Virus record (IMG/VR): IMGVR_UViG_3300025773_000001
Source of the DNA: an uncultured virus (IMG/VR IMGVR_UViG_3300025773_000001)
Taxonomy: Duplodnaviria; Heunggongvirae; Uroviricota; Caudoviricetes
DNA length: 20,000 nt
Reading direction: 5' to 3' (one strand)
A program made the translations under genes and the position numbers. This document shows, piece by piece, positions 1 to 8,287 of the stretch; positions within the stretch are counted from its first letter, which is position 1, and each line of letters starts with the position of its first letter. Under the pieces are notes generated by a model that saw nothing but the letters and a program-made list of their open reading frames with translations, did not search any database and was not told where the DNA came from.

Positions 1-1
1 T

Positions 2-790
2 CCTGACTCACTGCCCTGGGAGTTGGTAGAGCTGCCTGCTATATTAAATGAGAATACGCCAGAGGAGAAGTCACTTTGGCCTGAACAGTGGAAGTTAGAT
101 GTTTTAAAAACAACAAAAGCGTCGATTGATCCCAAGTTTTGGAATGCGCAGTACATGCAGCAACCCACGACGGACACATCAGCGATTGTGCCCAGAAAAT
201 CGTGGAAGATTTGGGATAAAGAAGACCCTCCGCAGTGTGAATACGTGATCCAGTCCTGGGATACGGCGTATGAAACCAAGAATAGTTCTGACTATTCAGC
301 ATGCACAACATGGGGCGTGTTCTTTAACGAGTATGAAAAGATGCGCCCGCATATCATACTATTAGATGCGTTCAAGGATAGAATGGCGTTTCCGGATCTC
401 AAACAAGCTGCACTTAAACACTACAAGAATTGGGAACCTGACGCGTTCATTGTGGAGAAAAAAGCTTCTGGAGCACCGCTGATACAGGAACTCAGAGCCA
501 TGGGTATCCATGTGCAAGAAACAAATCCAAGCCGAGGCAACGATAAGATGGTGCGGTTAAATGCCGTGTCTGACTTGTTTGCATCCGGCGTCGTGTGGGC
601 ACCAGACACACGCTGGGCTAGAGAAGTCATTGAGGAAATCGCAGTATTTCCAGTTGGTGAACACGATGACTACGTGGATACGACCACGCAAGCGTTAATG
701 AGATTTAGACAAGGCGGGTTTGTTCAACTTGACTCGGACGAACGCGACGACCCCATACATTTCAAGCGTAGACAACACGCGTATTATTAA
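2..790 (+). CDS. terL: Terminase large subunit, C-terminal nuclease domain (5' truncated by window edge)
   Basis: Frame is open from base 2. Motifs WNAQYMQQP, IQSWDTA, SDYSACTTWG, IVEKKASG and FPVGEHDDYVD are typical of the RNase H-like Terminase_6C domain. Lies directly upstream of the portal. Confidence 0.93.
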   Translation, partial: PDSLPWELVELPAILNENTPEEKSLWPEQWKLDVLKTTKASIDPKFWNAQYMQQPTTDTSAIVPRKSWKIWDKEDPPQCEYVIQSWDTAYETKNSSDYSACTTWGVFFNEYEKMRPHIILLDAFKDRMAFPDLKQAALKHYKNWEPDAFIVEKKASGAPLIQELRAMGIHVQETNPSRGNDKMVRLNAVSDLFASGVVWAPDTRWAREVIEEIAVFPVGEHDDYVDTTTQALMRFRQGGFVQLDSDERDDPIHFKRRQHAYY

Positions 791-798
791 GGACAAAC

Positions 799-3426
799 AT
801 GGCTACTAATATAGACAAATCACTTTACTCTGACATGCAGGGCACAGATCCAAGTCATGTTGACGAACCAATTGAGATTGAAGTTGTTGATCCAGAGGCG
901 GTCAAGATTCATGCAGGGGACTTGGAGATGGAGATCAAGCCAGACGGCGAAGGCAATGATTTCTATAAAAATTTAGCAGAAGAAATTCCAGAGTCTGTCA
1001 TGGGATCTTTAGCCAACGATTTGGCAAACGATATTGAGAATGATAAAAATTCCCGCAAAGAATGGGAGAAAGCATATGTAATGGGGCTCAAGCTTTTGGG
1101 ACTCCAATACGAAGAGAGAACGGAGCCTTGGAACGGAGCATCAGGTGTCTTCCACCCAATGATTACTGAAGCCGTAGTGCGATTCCAAAGTGAAACGATC
1201 ACCGAGATGTTTCCCGCCCAAGGCCCCGTTCGCACTAAGATATTAGGTAAAGAAACGCCAGCCAAGAAAGAATCTGCCATCCGGGTTGAGGATGACATGA
1301 ACTACGAGTTGACTGAGGTGATGGTGGAGTTTAGACCCGAACATGAGCGCATGTTGTGGTCCCTTCCAGCAACCGGTTCAGCGTTCAAAAAAGTGTATGA
1401 TGACATCACTTTAGGGCGCCAAACATCTATGTTTGTACCTGCGGAAGATATGATTTTGCCTTACGGTACGACCGATATGGACACTTGCTACCGCATGACG
1501 CACGTGATGCGCAAGACTAAGAATGAAATTTTAAAATTGCAAAAGGCGGGTTTTTACCTAGATTTTGAATTACCTGACGCTACGCAGTTAAGAGATGAGA
1601 TTCAAAAAGCCAAAGATCAAGAAACTGGATTCAACGATTTAAACGATGATCGTTATGTTATTTATGAAGTTCACGCTGACTTAGATTTAAAAGGCTATGA
1701 AGATGTAAACGACAAAGGTGAAGAAACTGGCATTGCACTTCCATATGTGGTAACCTTAATCAAAGGTAGTAATAACGTACTGTCCGTACGCCGCAACTGG
1801 AAGGAAGATGATGAAAACAGACTTAAGCGACAACACTTTGTCCACTACCAATACATCCCAGGATTTGGAGCCTATGGCTTCGGACTCTTCCATCTTATCG
1901 GTGGCTTCGCAAAATCCGCCACCTCGATTATGCGTCAACTGGTCGACGCAGGAACTTTATCTAACCTCCCCGGAGGACTTAAATCGCGTGGCCTTCGCAT
2001 TAAAGGTGATGACACGCCCATTGCACCAGGAGAATTCCGCGACGTTGATATTGCGTCGGGTCCGCTAAGAGATAACATTTTACCGCTCCCATATAAGGAG
2101 CCTAGTGCAGTTTTAGCCGGATTATTAGACAAAATTGTCGAAGAGGGGCGTAGATTTGCCGCTACTGCAGATATGCAAATTAGCGACATGTCCAGCCAAG
2201 CACCTGTTGGCACAACGCTCGCTTTGTTAGAAAGACAACTTAAAGTTATGTCGGCTGTTCAAGCCCGCATGCACTACACATTCAAACAAGAATTAAAACT
2301 TCTTGCCGCGCTAATTAAAGAAGACACACCTGTTAACTACGAGTATGAGCCTGAGTACGGGTCTAAAACAGCTAAACAAGATGATTACGACAACGTAGAC
2401 ATTATCCCTGTCAGCGACCCCAATGCAGCGACTATGTCGCAACGTGTTGTTCAGTACCAAGCTGTGATTCAAATGGCACAGATGGCGCCTGATATTTACG
2501 ATTTGCCAGAGTTGCACAGACGCATGCTTGAAGTAATGGGCATCAAGGGTGCGGACAAACTCGTACCTTTACCAGACGACATTAAGCCAAGCAATCCAGT
2601 ATCTGAGAACATCTCCATACTTAAGATGGAGCCGGTTAAAGCGTTTGAGTATCAAGATCACGAGTCACATATTAAAGTGCACATGGCTGCTATGCAGGAT
2701 CCACTGATTATGCAGTTGATAGGTCAGAATCCCAATGCACCTAAGATTCAAGGCGCGATGACGGCGCACATTGCTGAACACGTTGGTTTAGAGTACAAGA
2801 AACGTATTGAAGCGCAAATGGGCATGGCGATTCCTCCAAATGACGAAGACCACAAGATTTCTCCACAGGTCGAGTATCAGATGTCACAAGCCATGGCGCA
2901 AGCAGCTCAAGCGGTTCTTCAACAACATCAACAGCAGGCTCAACAACAGCAGGCTCAACAGCAACAACAAGATCCGATGTTTCAGTTACAACAGCAAGAA
3001 TTGCAGATTCGTCAAAAAGAAGTTGACATTAAAGCGCAAGAAGTACAGGCTAAAGCAGCTCAGGCGCAGGCCAACACGCAGCTTAAAGCCGAGGAGTTTA
3101 AAGCACGTCAAGACATGGAAGGGCAGAAAATACAAGTTAACGCAATGGAGAAAGCGGGTCGTCTGCACATGGACGATAAACGCATCCAAGTTGACGCAAT
3201 GCACAAGGCAGGAATGCTCCATACTGACAATAAGCGTATTCAAATTGACGCGCTCAACAAGGCTGGGCAATTCCAAGAAAAACGTAAAGATCGTGCGGCG
3301 GACTTGTACAAACACAAAAAAGGACTGGACCACTCTGGCTATGAGAGCGACGTCCAGCGTATGCACGAACAAGAGATGCAAGCTAATCAGCCTACCCCAC
3401 AACCCAAGGAGAAACCAACTAAATGA
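799..3426 (+). CDS. Portal protein (P22-like) with long Q-rich helical C-terminus
   Basis: 875 aa, directly after terL, with RBS TAAGGA. Motifs HPMITEAVVRFQ, GSAFKKVY, FGLFHLIGG and LVDAGTLSNLPGG. The Q-rich C-terminus resembles a portal barrel. Confidence 0.88.
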   Translation: MATNIDKSLYSDMQGTDPSHVDEPIEIEVVDPEAVKIHAGDLEMEIKPDGEGNDFYKNLAEEIPESVMGSLANDLANDIENDKNSRKEWEKAYVMGLKLLGLQYEERTEPWNGASGVFHPMITEAVVRFQSETITEMFPAQGPVRTKILGKETPAKKESAIRVEDDMNYELTEVMVEFRPEHERMLWSLPATGSAFKKVYDDITLGRQTSMFVPAEDMILPYGTTDMDTCYRMTHVMRKTKNEILKLQKAGFYLDFELPDATQLRDEIQKAKDQETGFNDLNDDRYVIYEVHADLDLKGYEDVNDKGEETGIALPYVVTLIKGSNNVLSVRRNWKEDDENRLKRQHFVHYQYIPGFGAYGFGLFHLIGGFAKSATSIMRQLVDAGTLSNLPGGLKSRGLRIKGDDTPIAPGEFRDVDIASGPLRDNILPLPYKEPSAVLAGLLDKIVEEGRRFAATADMQISDMSSQAPVGTTLALLERQLKVMSAVQARMHYTFKQELKLLAALIKEDTPVNYEYEPEYGSKTAKQDDYDNVDIIPVSDPNAATMSQRVVQYQAVIQMAQMAPDIYDLPELHRRMLEVMGIKGADKLVPLPDDIKPSNPVSENISILKMEPVKAFEYQDHESHIKVHMAAMQDPLIMQLIGQNPNAPKIQGAMTAHIAEHVGLEYKKRIEAQMGMAIPPNDEDHKISPQVEYQMSQAMAQAAQAVLQQHQQQAQQQQAQQQQQDPMFQLQQQELQIRQKEVDIKAQEVQAKAAQAQANTQLKAEEFKARQDMEGQKIQVNAMEKAGRLHMDDKRIQVDAMHKAGMLHTDNKRIQIDALNKAGQFQEKRKDRAADLYKHKKGLDHSGYESDVQRMHEQEMQANQPTPQPKEKPTK
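2920..2970 (+). repeat. Coding poly-Gln tract (CAA/CAG) in portal
   Basis: QQHQQQAQQQQAQQQQQ: 14 Gln in 17 codons. Confidence 0.9.
3127..3273 (+). repeat. About 3 degenerate 54-bp (18-aa) tandem repeats in portal C-terminus
   Basis: KIQVNAMEKAGRLHMDDK / RIQVDAMHKAGMLHTDNK / RIQIDALNKAGQF, with units starting at 3127, 3181 and 3235. Confidence 0.9.
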
Positions 3427-3617
3427 TAGTCAATTTCGCAGGCGCGCTGCGCAAACAATTACGCGACCAAATGAACAATTACGCTGACGACTTAGCAACA
3501 GGTCAGTGCACCACTTTTGATCAATATCAAAAACTTTGCGGGGTGATTTCGGGTCTAGCCATCGCAGAGGGTTTATTACTTGACCTGCTAGAAAAGGTAG
3601 AAAAACAAGATGAGTGA
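3423..3617 (+). CDS. Small conserved hypothetical phage protein
   Basis: ATGA overlap with the portal stop. Helical 64 aa protein with a YQKLCGVISGL motif of the kind often seen after such portals. Confidence 0.75.
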   Translation: MIVNFAGALRKQLRDQMNNYADDLATGQCTTFDQYQKLCGVISGLAIAEGLLLDLLEKVEKQDE

Positions 3618-4047
3618 ACTCATACTCCCTGAGCGGTTAAAGCTCAAACCAACGGTCGAGGTAATTGAACAAATTACCAAACCGCCAGAGAAAGACGAGG
3701 ATAAAGCAACACTGCTTCCTAGCCCATCCGGGTATCGGTTGCTTTGTAGCGTACCCCAAGTTTCTAAAAAAATTGACGGTACTGAGCTAGACCTTGAGCG
3801 TCCAGACTTCTACGCCAAACAAGAAGAACATGCAACCACCGTGTTGTTTGTTTTAAAAGTTGGGCCAGATGCGTACGCAGACAAGAACAAGTTTCCTAGT
3901 GGACCTTGGTGTAAGGAAGGTGATTTCATTATGGTACGTACCTATGCAGGTACGCGTTTTAAGATTTACGGCAATGAATTCCGGTTCATCAATGATGATC
4001 AGGTTGACGGCGTTGTAGATGATCCCCGTGGCATAACCCGCGCATAA
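3610..4047 (+). CDS. groES: GroES/Cpn10-like co-chaperonin
   Basis: PSGYRLL ... VLKVGPDAY ... PWCKEGDFIMVRTYAGTRFKIYGNEFRFINDDQVDGVV matches the GroES pattern (P..DRVL, V.AVG.G, V.VGD.V...Y.G...K..G.E......DILAVV). Confidence 0.82.
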   Translation: MSELILPERLKLKPTVEVIEQITKPPEKDEDKATLLPSPSGYRLLCSVPQVSKKIDGTELDLERPDFYAKQEEHATTVLFVLKVGPDAYADKNKFPSGPWCKEGDFIMVRTYAGTRFKIYGNEFRFINDDQVDGVVDDPRGITRA

Positions 4048-4057
4048 AGGAAAAACA

Positions 4058-5023
4058 ATGGCAGAATTTAAAGGCGAGGAATTCAAATTTCCTGACGAAA
4101 TTGAAGACAAGGGTAAACCCTTAGAGACAAACAATGACGACGATTTTGAAATTGAAGTTGTTGATGACACACCTCCTGCGGATCGTGGGCGCAGGCCACT
4201 AGACCGTGAGGTAGAGGACCCCACTGATGAAGAAATTAATCAGTACACCAAGGGTGCCCAAGAAAGAATTAAAGAACTCACCCATGCAAGGCACGACGAA
4301 AGACGTGCTAAAGAAGCTATGGCGCGAGAGAAAGCAGAGCTAGAAAGAATAGCTCAGCAAATGCTTGAGGAAAACAAACGCCTCAAACAATACGTCAACA
4401 CGGGCACAGAGCAGTACACGGCTATGGCTAAAACTGCAGCGGAAGCAGAGCTTGATAAAGCCAGGCGTGACTACAAAGCAGCGCAAGAAGCATTTGACAC
4501 AGATGCCATTATTGCTGCCCAGGAGGCGTTGACAGTTGCTAAACTTCGTTCAGAAGAAGCAAAAAATTTCAAAACGACCCCTTTACAAGAAGATAGAAAT
4601 GATGTATATTCAGCTCCACAACAGGTCCAACAACCTTACCGCGATGAAAAGCTCTTGCGCTGGCAAGCCAAAAACCAGTGGTACGGTCAACCAGGATTCG
4701 AAGATATAACCAGTTACGCACTAGGACTGCATCAAAAACTAGTGAATTCGGGGGTAGACCCACGTACTGATCAGTACTATGAGGCCATTGATTCCCGCAT
4801 CAAAAAGACCTTTCCAGATATGTTTGGACAGGCTACGGCAGAAACTACGCCGCCTGCTGATCCTCCAAAAAAGACGCCGTCTGTCACCGCACCTGCAAGT
4901 CGTTCTTCTGGAACAAAGAAGATACAACTGACTACGACCCAGCTTGCGCTGGCGAAGAAGTTCAAAATGGACCCCAAAGTGTATGCAGCTGAAGTTTTAA
5001 AATTGGAGAAATTAAATGGCTAA
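4058..5023 (+). CDS. Probable capsid scaffolding protein
   Basis: Acidic N-terminus, long coiled-coil middle and short C-terminal helix-turn-helix (LTTTQLALAKKFKMDPKVYA). Lies between portal and capsid genes. Confidence 0.65.
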   Translation: MAEFKGEEFKFPDEIEDKGKPLETNNDDDFEIEVVDDTPPADRGRRPLDREVEDPTDEEINQYTKGAQERIKELTHARHDERRAKEAMAREKAELERIAQQMLEENKRLKQYVNTGTEQYTAMAKTAAEAELDKARRDYKAAQEAFDTDAIIAAQEALTVAKLRSEEAKNFKTTPLQEDRNDVYSAPQQVQQPYRDEKLLRWQAKNQWYGQPGFEDITSYALGLHQKLVNSGVDPRTDQYYEAIDSRIKKTFPDMFGQATAETTPPADPPKKTPSVTAPASRSSGTKKIQLTTTQLALAKKFKMDPKVYAAEVLKLEKLNG

Positions 5024-5474
5024 TAGTAATACCCGTACCCCCCGTGACTTAGAAACACGCACACAAGAGGCTCGATATGTGTACACACCATCGAGTAAGT
5101 TGCCCGATCCAACACCCATACCAGGTATGTCTTTCCGCTGGATTGCTACCCATGTAATGAGTATTGCGGACCCCACCAATGTGTCTAGAAAACGCAGAGA
5201 TGGCTGGGAGCCGGTCAAGGCAGCAGACCATCCAGAACTGATGTTGGAAGGAAACGCCAGCGGCAACGTGGAGATTGGAGGCCTCATGCTTTGCAAGATG
5301 CCAACAGAACGCGTTAAAGCCATGGACGAGTACTACCAAAACCAAAACAGAGCTCAGATGGATTCCGTAGACAACAATTTCTTGAAAAACCAAGACCCAC
5401 GCATGGCGACTTTGTTCTCCGAAAGGCAGTCAACAAGCTCAAGAGGCGGAAGTTTTGGAGCTGGTATTAAATAA
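5016..5474 (+). CDS. Conserved hypothetical head-region protein
   Basis: Overlaps the scaffold stop. Motifs PGMSFRWI, RDGWEPVKA and IGGLMLCKMP are recalled from related phages. Confidence 0.8.
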   Translation: MANSNTRTPRDLETRTQEARYVYTPSSKLPDPTPIPGMSFRWIATHVMSIADPTNVSRKRRDGWEPVKAADHPELMLEGNASGNVEIGGLMLCKMPTERVKAMDEYYQNQNRAQMDSVDNNFLKNQDPRMATLFSERQSTSSRGGSFGAGIK

Positions 5475-5490
5475 ACTTAGGAGTTTTTAA

Positions 5491-6390
5491 ATGGCATATC
5501 CTATCGTTCCTGCAGCTTACGGTCTAAAGCCTGTAAGCCTGTCTGGTGGTAGAGTGTTTTCTGGTTCTACCAGACTCATCCCTATCGCTTCTGGCTATGG
5601 CTACAACATGTTTGACGGCGATGTCGTTACAGCAAGTGGTGGTTCATTAGTCGTCACAACTCTTGGCGCGGCGTCTTCACCTGTTGCTGGTACTATCGGT
5701 GTTTTTGTTGGCGCTCAATACGTCAACTCAATGAGCCAGACAGTCCGTGCACAGTTCTATGCAGCTAACACAATCACTAACACAATCTATGGACCTAACA
5801 GTCTGCAAGGTTATGTTGTGGATGATCCTTATGCTGTATTCCAAGCAGCTGTGCTCACACAAGGTACATCTTCTGTATCTAACACACCCGGCGCTACTAT
5901 CGGTTATGTAAACCCATCTTTCATTGGGTCTAACATGTACTTGGTAACTAACGGTTCTAACGGTGGTTCAGCTTCTGGTAATACTACAACTGGCGACTCA
6001 GCAATGGGCTTGACCGGTGGTGTTGTTACTTCTGGCACACAAGGTAACACACGTGTTACTTCTTCAGCACCTTTCCGTGTTGTTAACGTTGTTCCAGATA
6101 CAGCAGTTACTGTTACTGCAGTTGGTTCTACATCTGGTTCCAGCACAACTCTTACTTTGACTGCCGCTAATACAGCGATCAGCCCCGGTATGCAGTTGAT
6201 TGTTCCAGGTGTTACTGGCGCACTCGCAAGCAACTTCTTAACTGTAACTAACGTAAGCTCAACAACTGTTACTTTGTCTGCAGCAGTTACTATTGCAAGC
6301 GGTACAGCACTGTCTTTCGTCGGTTACCCAGAAGTTCAAGTACAGTGGAACTTCGGTTACCACGGTTACTTAAACGCAACAGCAGCTTAA
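5491..6390 (+). CDS. Probable capsid decoration/stabilising protein with extra beta-rich domain
   Basis: Strong RBS AGGAG. AYGLKPV N-terminus, YVVDDP motif, G/T/S/V-rich. Directly precedes the capsid gene and shows high-expression codon bias. Confidence 0.65.
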   Translation: MAYPIVPAAYGLKPVSLSGGRVFSGSTRLIPIASGYGYNMFDGDVVTASGGSLVVTTLGAASSPVAGTIGVFVGAQYVNSMSQTVRAQFYAANTITNTIYGPNSLQGYVVDDPYAVFQAAVLTQGTSSVSNTPGATIGYVNPSFIGSNMYLVTNGSNGGSASGNTTTGDSAMGLTGGVVTSGTQGNTRVTSSAPFRVVNVVPDTAVTVTAVGSTSGSSTTLTLTAANTAISPGMQLIVPGVTGALASNFLTVTNVSSTTVTLSAAVTIASGTALSFVGYPEVQVQWNFGYHGYLNATAA

Positions 6391-6405
6391 TCAAGGAGCA
6401 CATAA

Positions 6406-7308
6406 ATGGCTATTTCACGCGCACAACTATTGAAGGAATTGCTCCCAGGATTGAACGCACTGTTCGGACTTGAGTACGCAAGATACGGCGAAGAGCACAA
6501 AGAAATCTACGAAACAGAGACTTCTGAGCGTTCATTCGAAGAAGAGACAAAACTGTCAGGTTTCTCTGCAGCACCAGTCAAGAACGAGGGCTCAGCTCTT
6601 GCTTATGACAATGCTCAGGAAGCTTGGACAGCTCGCTACAACCACGAGACAATCGCTCTTGGCTTCTCAATCACCGAAGAGGCGATTGAAGATAACTTGT
6701 ATGACTCTTTGTCAGCACGTTATACCAAGGCTCTTGCTCGCGCTATGGCTTACACCAAGCAGGTTAAAGCAGCTTCAGTTTTGAACAACGGTTATAACGC
6801 TGCCTACACTGGCGGTGACGGACAAGCTCTGTTCTCTACAGCTCACCCATTAGTCAATGGCGGTACAAACGCCAACACATTCACAACTCCTTCCGATTTG
6901 AACGAGACTTCCTTAGAAGCCGCCGTTATCCAGATCGCTGCTTGGACAGACGAGCGTGGACTTTTGATCGCTGCTAAGCCTAAGAAACTTATTGTTCCCC
7001 CATCATTAATGTTCGTTGCAACTCGTCTCCTCGAGACAGAATTGCGCGTTGGTACAAACAACAACGACATTAACGCGATCAAGAACAACGGAGCTATTCC
7101 TGAAGGCTACACCGTTAACCACTTCTTGACATCAACCAACACATGGTTCCTGACAACTGACGTGCCAAACGGTCTTAAGCACTTCGAGCGTATTCCACTA
7201 CAAAATTCCATGGATGGTGATTTTGATACGGGGAACGTGCGTTACAAATCTAGAGAGCGTTACAGCTTCGGTTGGAGCGATCCATTAGGTATCTTTAGTT
7301 CATATTAA
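6406..7308 (+). CDS. Major capsid protein (HK97 fold, Mu gpT-like family)
   Basis: MAISRAQLLKELLPGLNALFG, GGDGQALFSTAHP, PKKLIVPP and RERYSFGWSDP motifs. RBS AAGGAG, strong codon bias, followed by a terminator. Confidence 0.92.
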   Translation: MAISRAQLLKELLPGLNALFGLEYARYGEEHKEIYETETSERSFEEETKLSGFSAAPVKNEGSALAYDNAQEAWTARYNHETIALGFSITEEAIEDNLYDSLSARYTKALARAMAYTKQVKAASVLNNGYNAAYTGGDGQALFSTAHPLVNGGTNANTFTTPSDLNETSLEAAVIQIAAWTDERGLLIAAKPKKLIVPPSLMFVATRLLETELRVGTNNNDINAIKNNGAIPEGYTVNHFLTSTNTWFLTTDVPNGLKHFERIPLQNSMDGDFDTGNVRYKSRERYSFGWSDPLGIFSSY

Positions 7309-7336
7309 ACTACTATTTAAAACTTTTAGTTTAATT

Positions 7337-7362
7337 AAAGGCCCCCACAAGGGGCCTTTTTT
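7337..7362 (+). terminator. Rho-independent terminator after capsid gene
   Basis: AAAGGCCCC-cacaa-GGGGCCTTT followed by further T residues. Confidence 0.9.
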
Positions 7363-7405
7363 ATTTCCCGTATCAAAGGCACAATCTAACAACTTAGAAA
7401 AACAT

Positions 7406-7434
7406 TTGCAAATCCTCGTCCATTGTGGTACACT
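7406..7434 (+). promoter_or_regulatory. Sigma70-like promoter for the endonuclease gene
   Basis: TTGCAA (7406-7411), 17-bp spacer, TGn extended -10 with TACACT (7429-7434). Confidence 0.65.
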
Positions 7435-7457
7435 TGAGTCTTTCATAAGGAGTCAAG
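7433..7457 (+). promoter_or_regulatory. Hairpin sequestering the endonuclease RBS
   Basis: CTTGAgTCTTT-cat-AAGGAgTCAAG forms 10 pairs (one G-U) with one G-G mismatch. AGGAG (7448-7452) lies in the 3' arm; the ATG is at 7459. Confidence 0.6.
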
Positions 7458-7458
7458 T

Positions 7459-8199
7459 ATGTTTTATGTTTATGTGTATCGTGATCCAAGAGCTACCAAA
7501 CATCAACAACCGGTCTACGTAGGTAAAGGGACAGGCGACAGAGATTTGTCCCATTGGTCTAGGGGGTCTCACAATAAGCCTTTGCAAGATTTTTTATCGC
7601 ATCTTCGCGGTTTAAATTTAACACCAATATGTGATCGAGTTTTTGAGACCCCGGATGAGCAAGCAGCTTTTGTTAAAGAAATTGAACTTATAAAACTTTA
7701 CGGACGCAGAGACTTAAAACAAGGTCCACTGTTTAATTTAACGGATGGTGGTGAAGGTCCGACAGGGCATGTTAGAACTGATGAACAAAAAGCCAACGAT
7801 GGGCGTTTTACCAAAGAACATTGGCAAGATCCAGAATACCGCGCCAAAGTAGTAGCCGGGCAAATCAAAGCGCAAAACACTCCAGAAGCCCTTGAAACCA
7901 AGTCAGTTAACTCTAAAAAACTTTGGGCAGCCCAAGGTGACACCTTAGCTAAAAGCATCAAGGAAGCGCGTAATACAGAAGAATCTAAAGCTAAAACAAG
8001 CGCTCAAGCAAAAGCGCAGTGGGCTGACCCAGAATACGCGGCTAAACAAACCGCCAACAATAAAGAGATTGCTAACCGTGAAGAAGTCAAAGCTGCTAAG
8101 AAAGCTGCGGCTAAAGCGCTATGGGCTGACCCTGTGTGGAAAGCTAAAATGATGGAAGCAAGAAAAAAGAAAAAACTTGTTGACACACCCCAAAATTAG
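7459..8199 (+). CDS. Free-standing GIY-YIG (LEM-3-like) homing endonuclease with helical repeat C-terminus
   Basis: FYVYVYRDPR ... PVYVGKGTGDR (GIY-YIG variant), E..LIKLYGR and LFNLTDGGEG. Basic C-terminal W-x-D-P repeats resemble NUMOD3-type DNA-binding modules. Confidence 0.85.
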   Translation: MFYVYVYRDPRATKHQQPVYVGKGTGDRDLSHWSRGSHNKPLQDFLSHLRGLNLTPICDRVFETPDEQAAFVKEIELIKLYGRRDLKQGPLFNLTDGGEGPTGHVRTDEQKANDGRFTKEHWQDPEYRAKVVAGQIKAQNTPEALETKSVNSKKLWAAQGDTLAKSIKEARNTEESKAKTSAQAKAQWADPEYAAKQTANNKEIANREEVKAAKKAAAKALWADPVWKAKMMEARKKKKLVDTPQN

Positions 8200-8207
8200 T
8201 GTATATT
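8180..8207 (+). promoter_or_regulatory. Sigma70-like promoter for downstream structural genes
   Basis: Perfect TTGACA (8180-8185), 16-bp spacer, TATATT (8202-8207). The -35 lies inside the last codons of the endonuclease gene. Confidence 0.65.
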
Positions 8208-8211
8208 AGTG

Positions 8212-8287
8212 GCATCTGGGAATTCACTCTTGTTGCCACTGGCCCAGCAGACGATGCAACGATTAACAAGAGGCTTTTGCATAAGGA
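8212..8287 (+). ncRNA. Candidate structured cis-regulatory RNA leader (interlocking helices)
   Basis: CTGGG(8216-20)/CCCAG(8243-47), CTCTTGTT(8227-34)/AACAAGAG(8265-72) and ATGCAA(8254-59)/TTGCAT(8277-82), ending directly at RBS AAGGA. Confidence 0.5.

Noticed and set aside
2807..3487. 226-aa alternative-frame ORF overlapping the portal C-terminus
   Set aside because: Explained by the low-complexity CAA/CAG-rich portal sequence lacking stops in that frame; no clear RBS or slippery site was seen.
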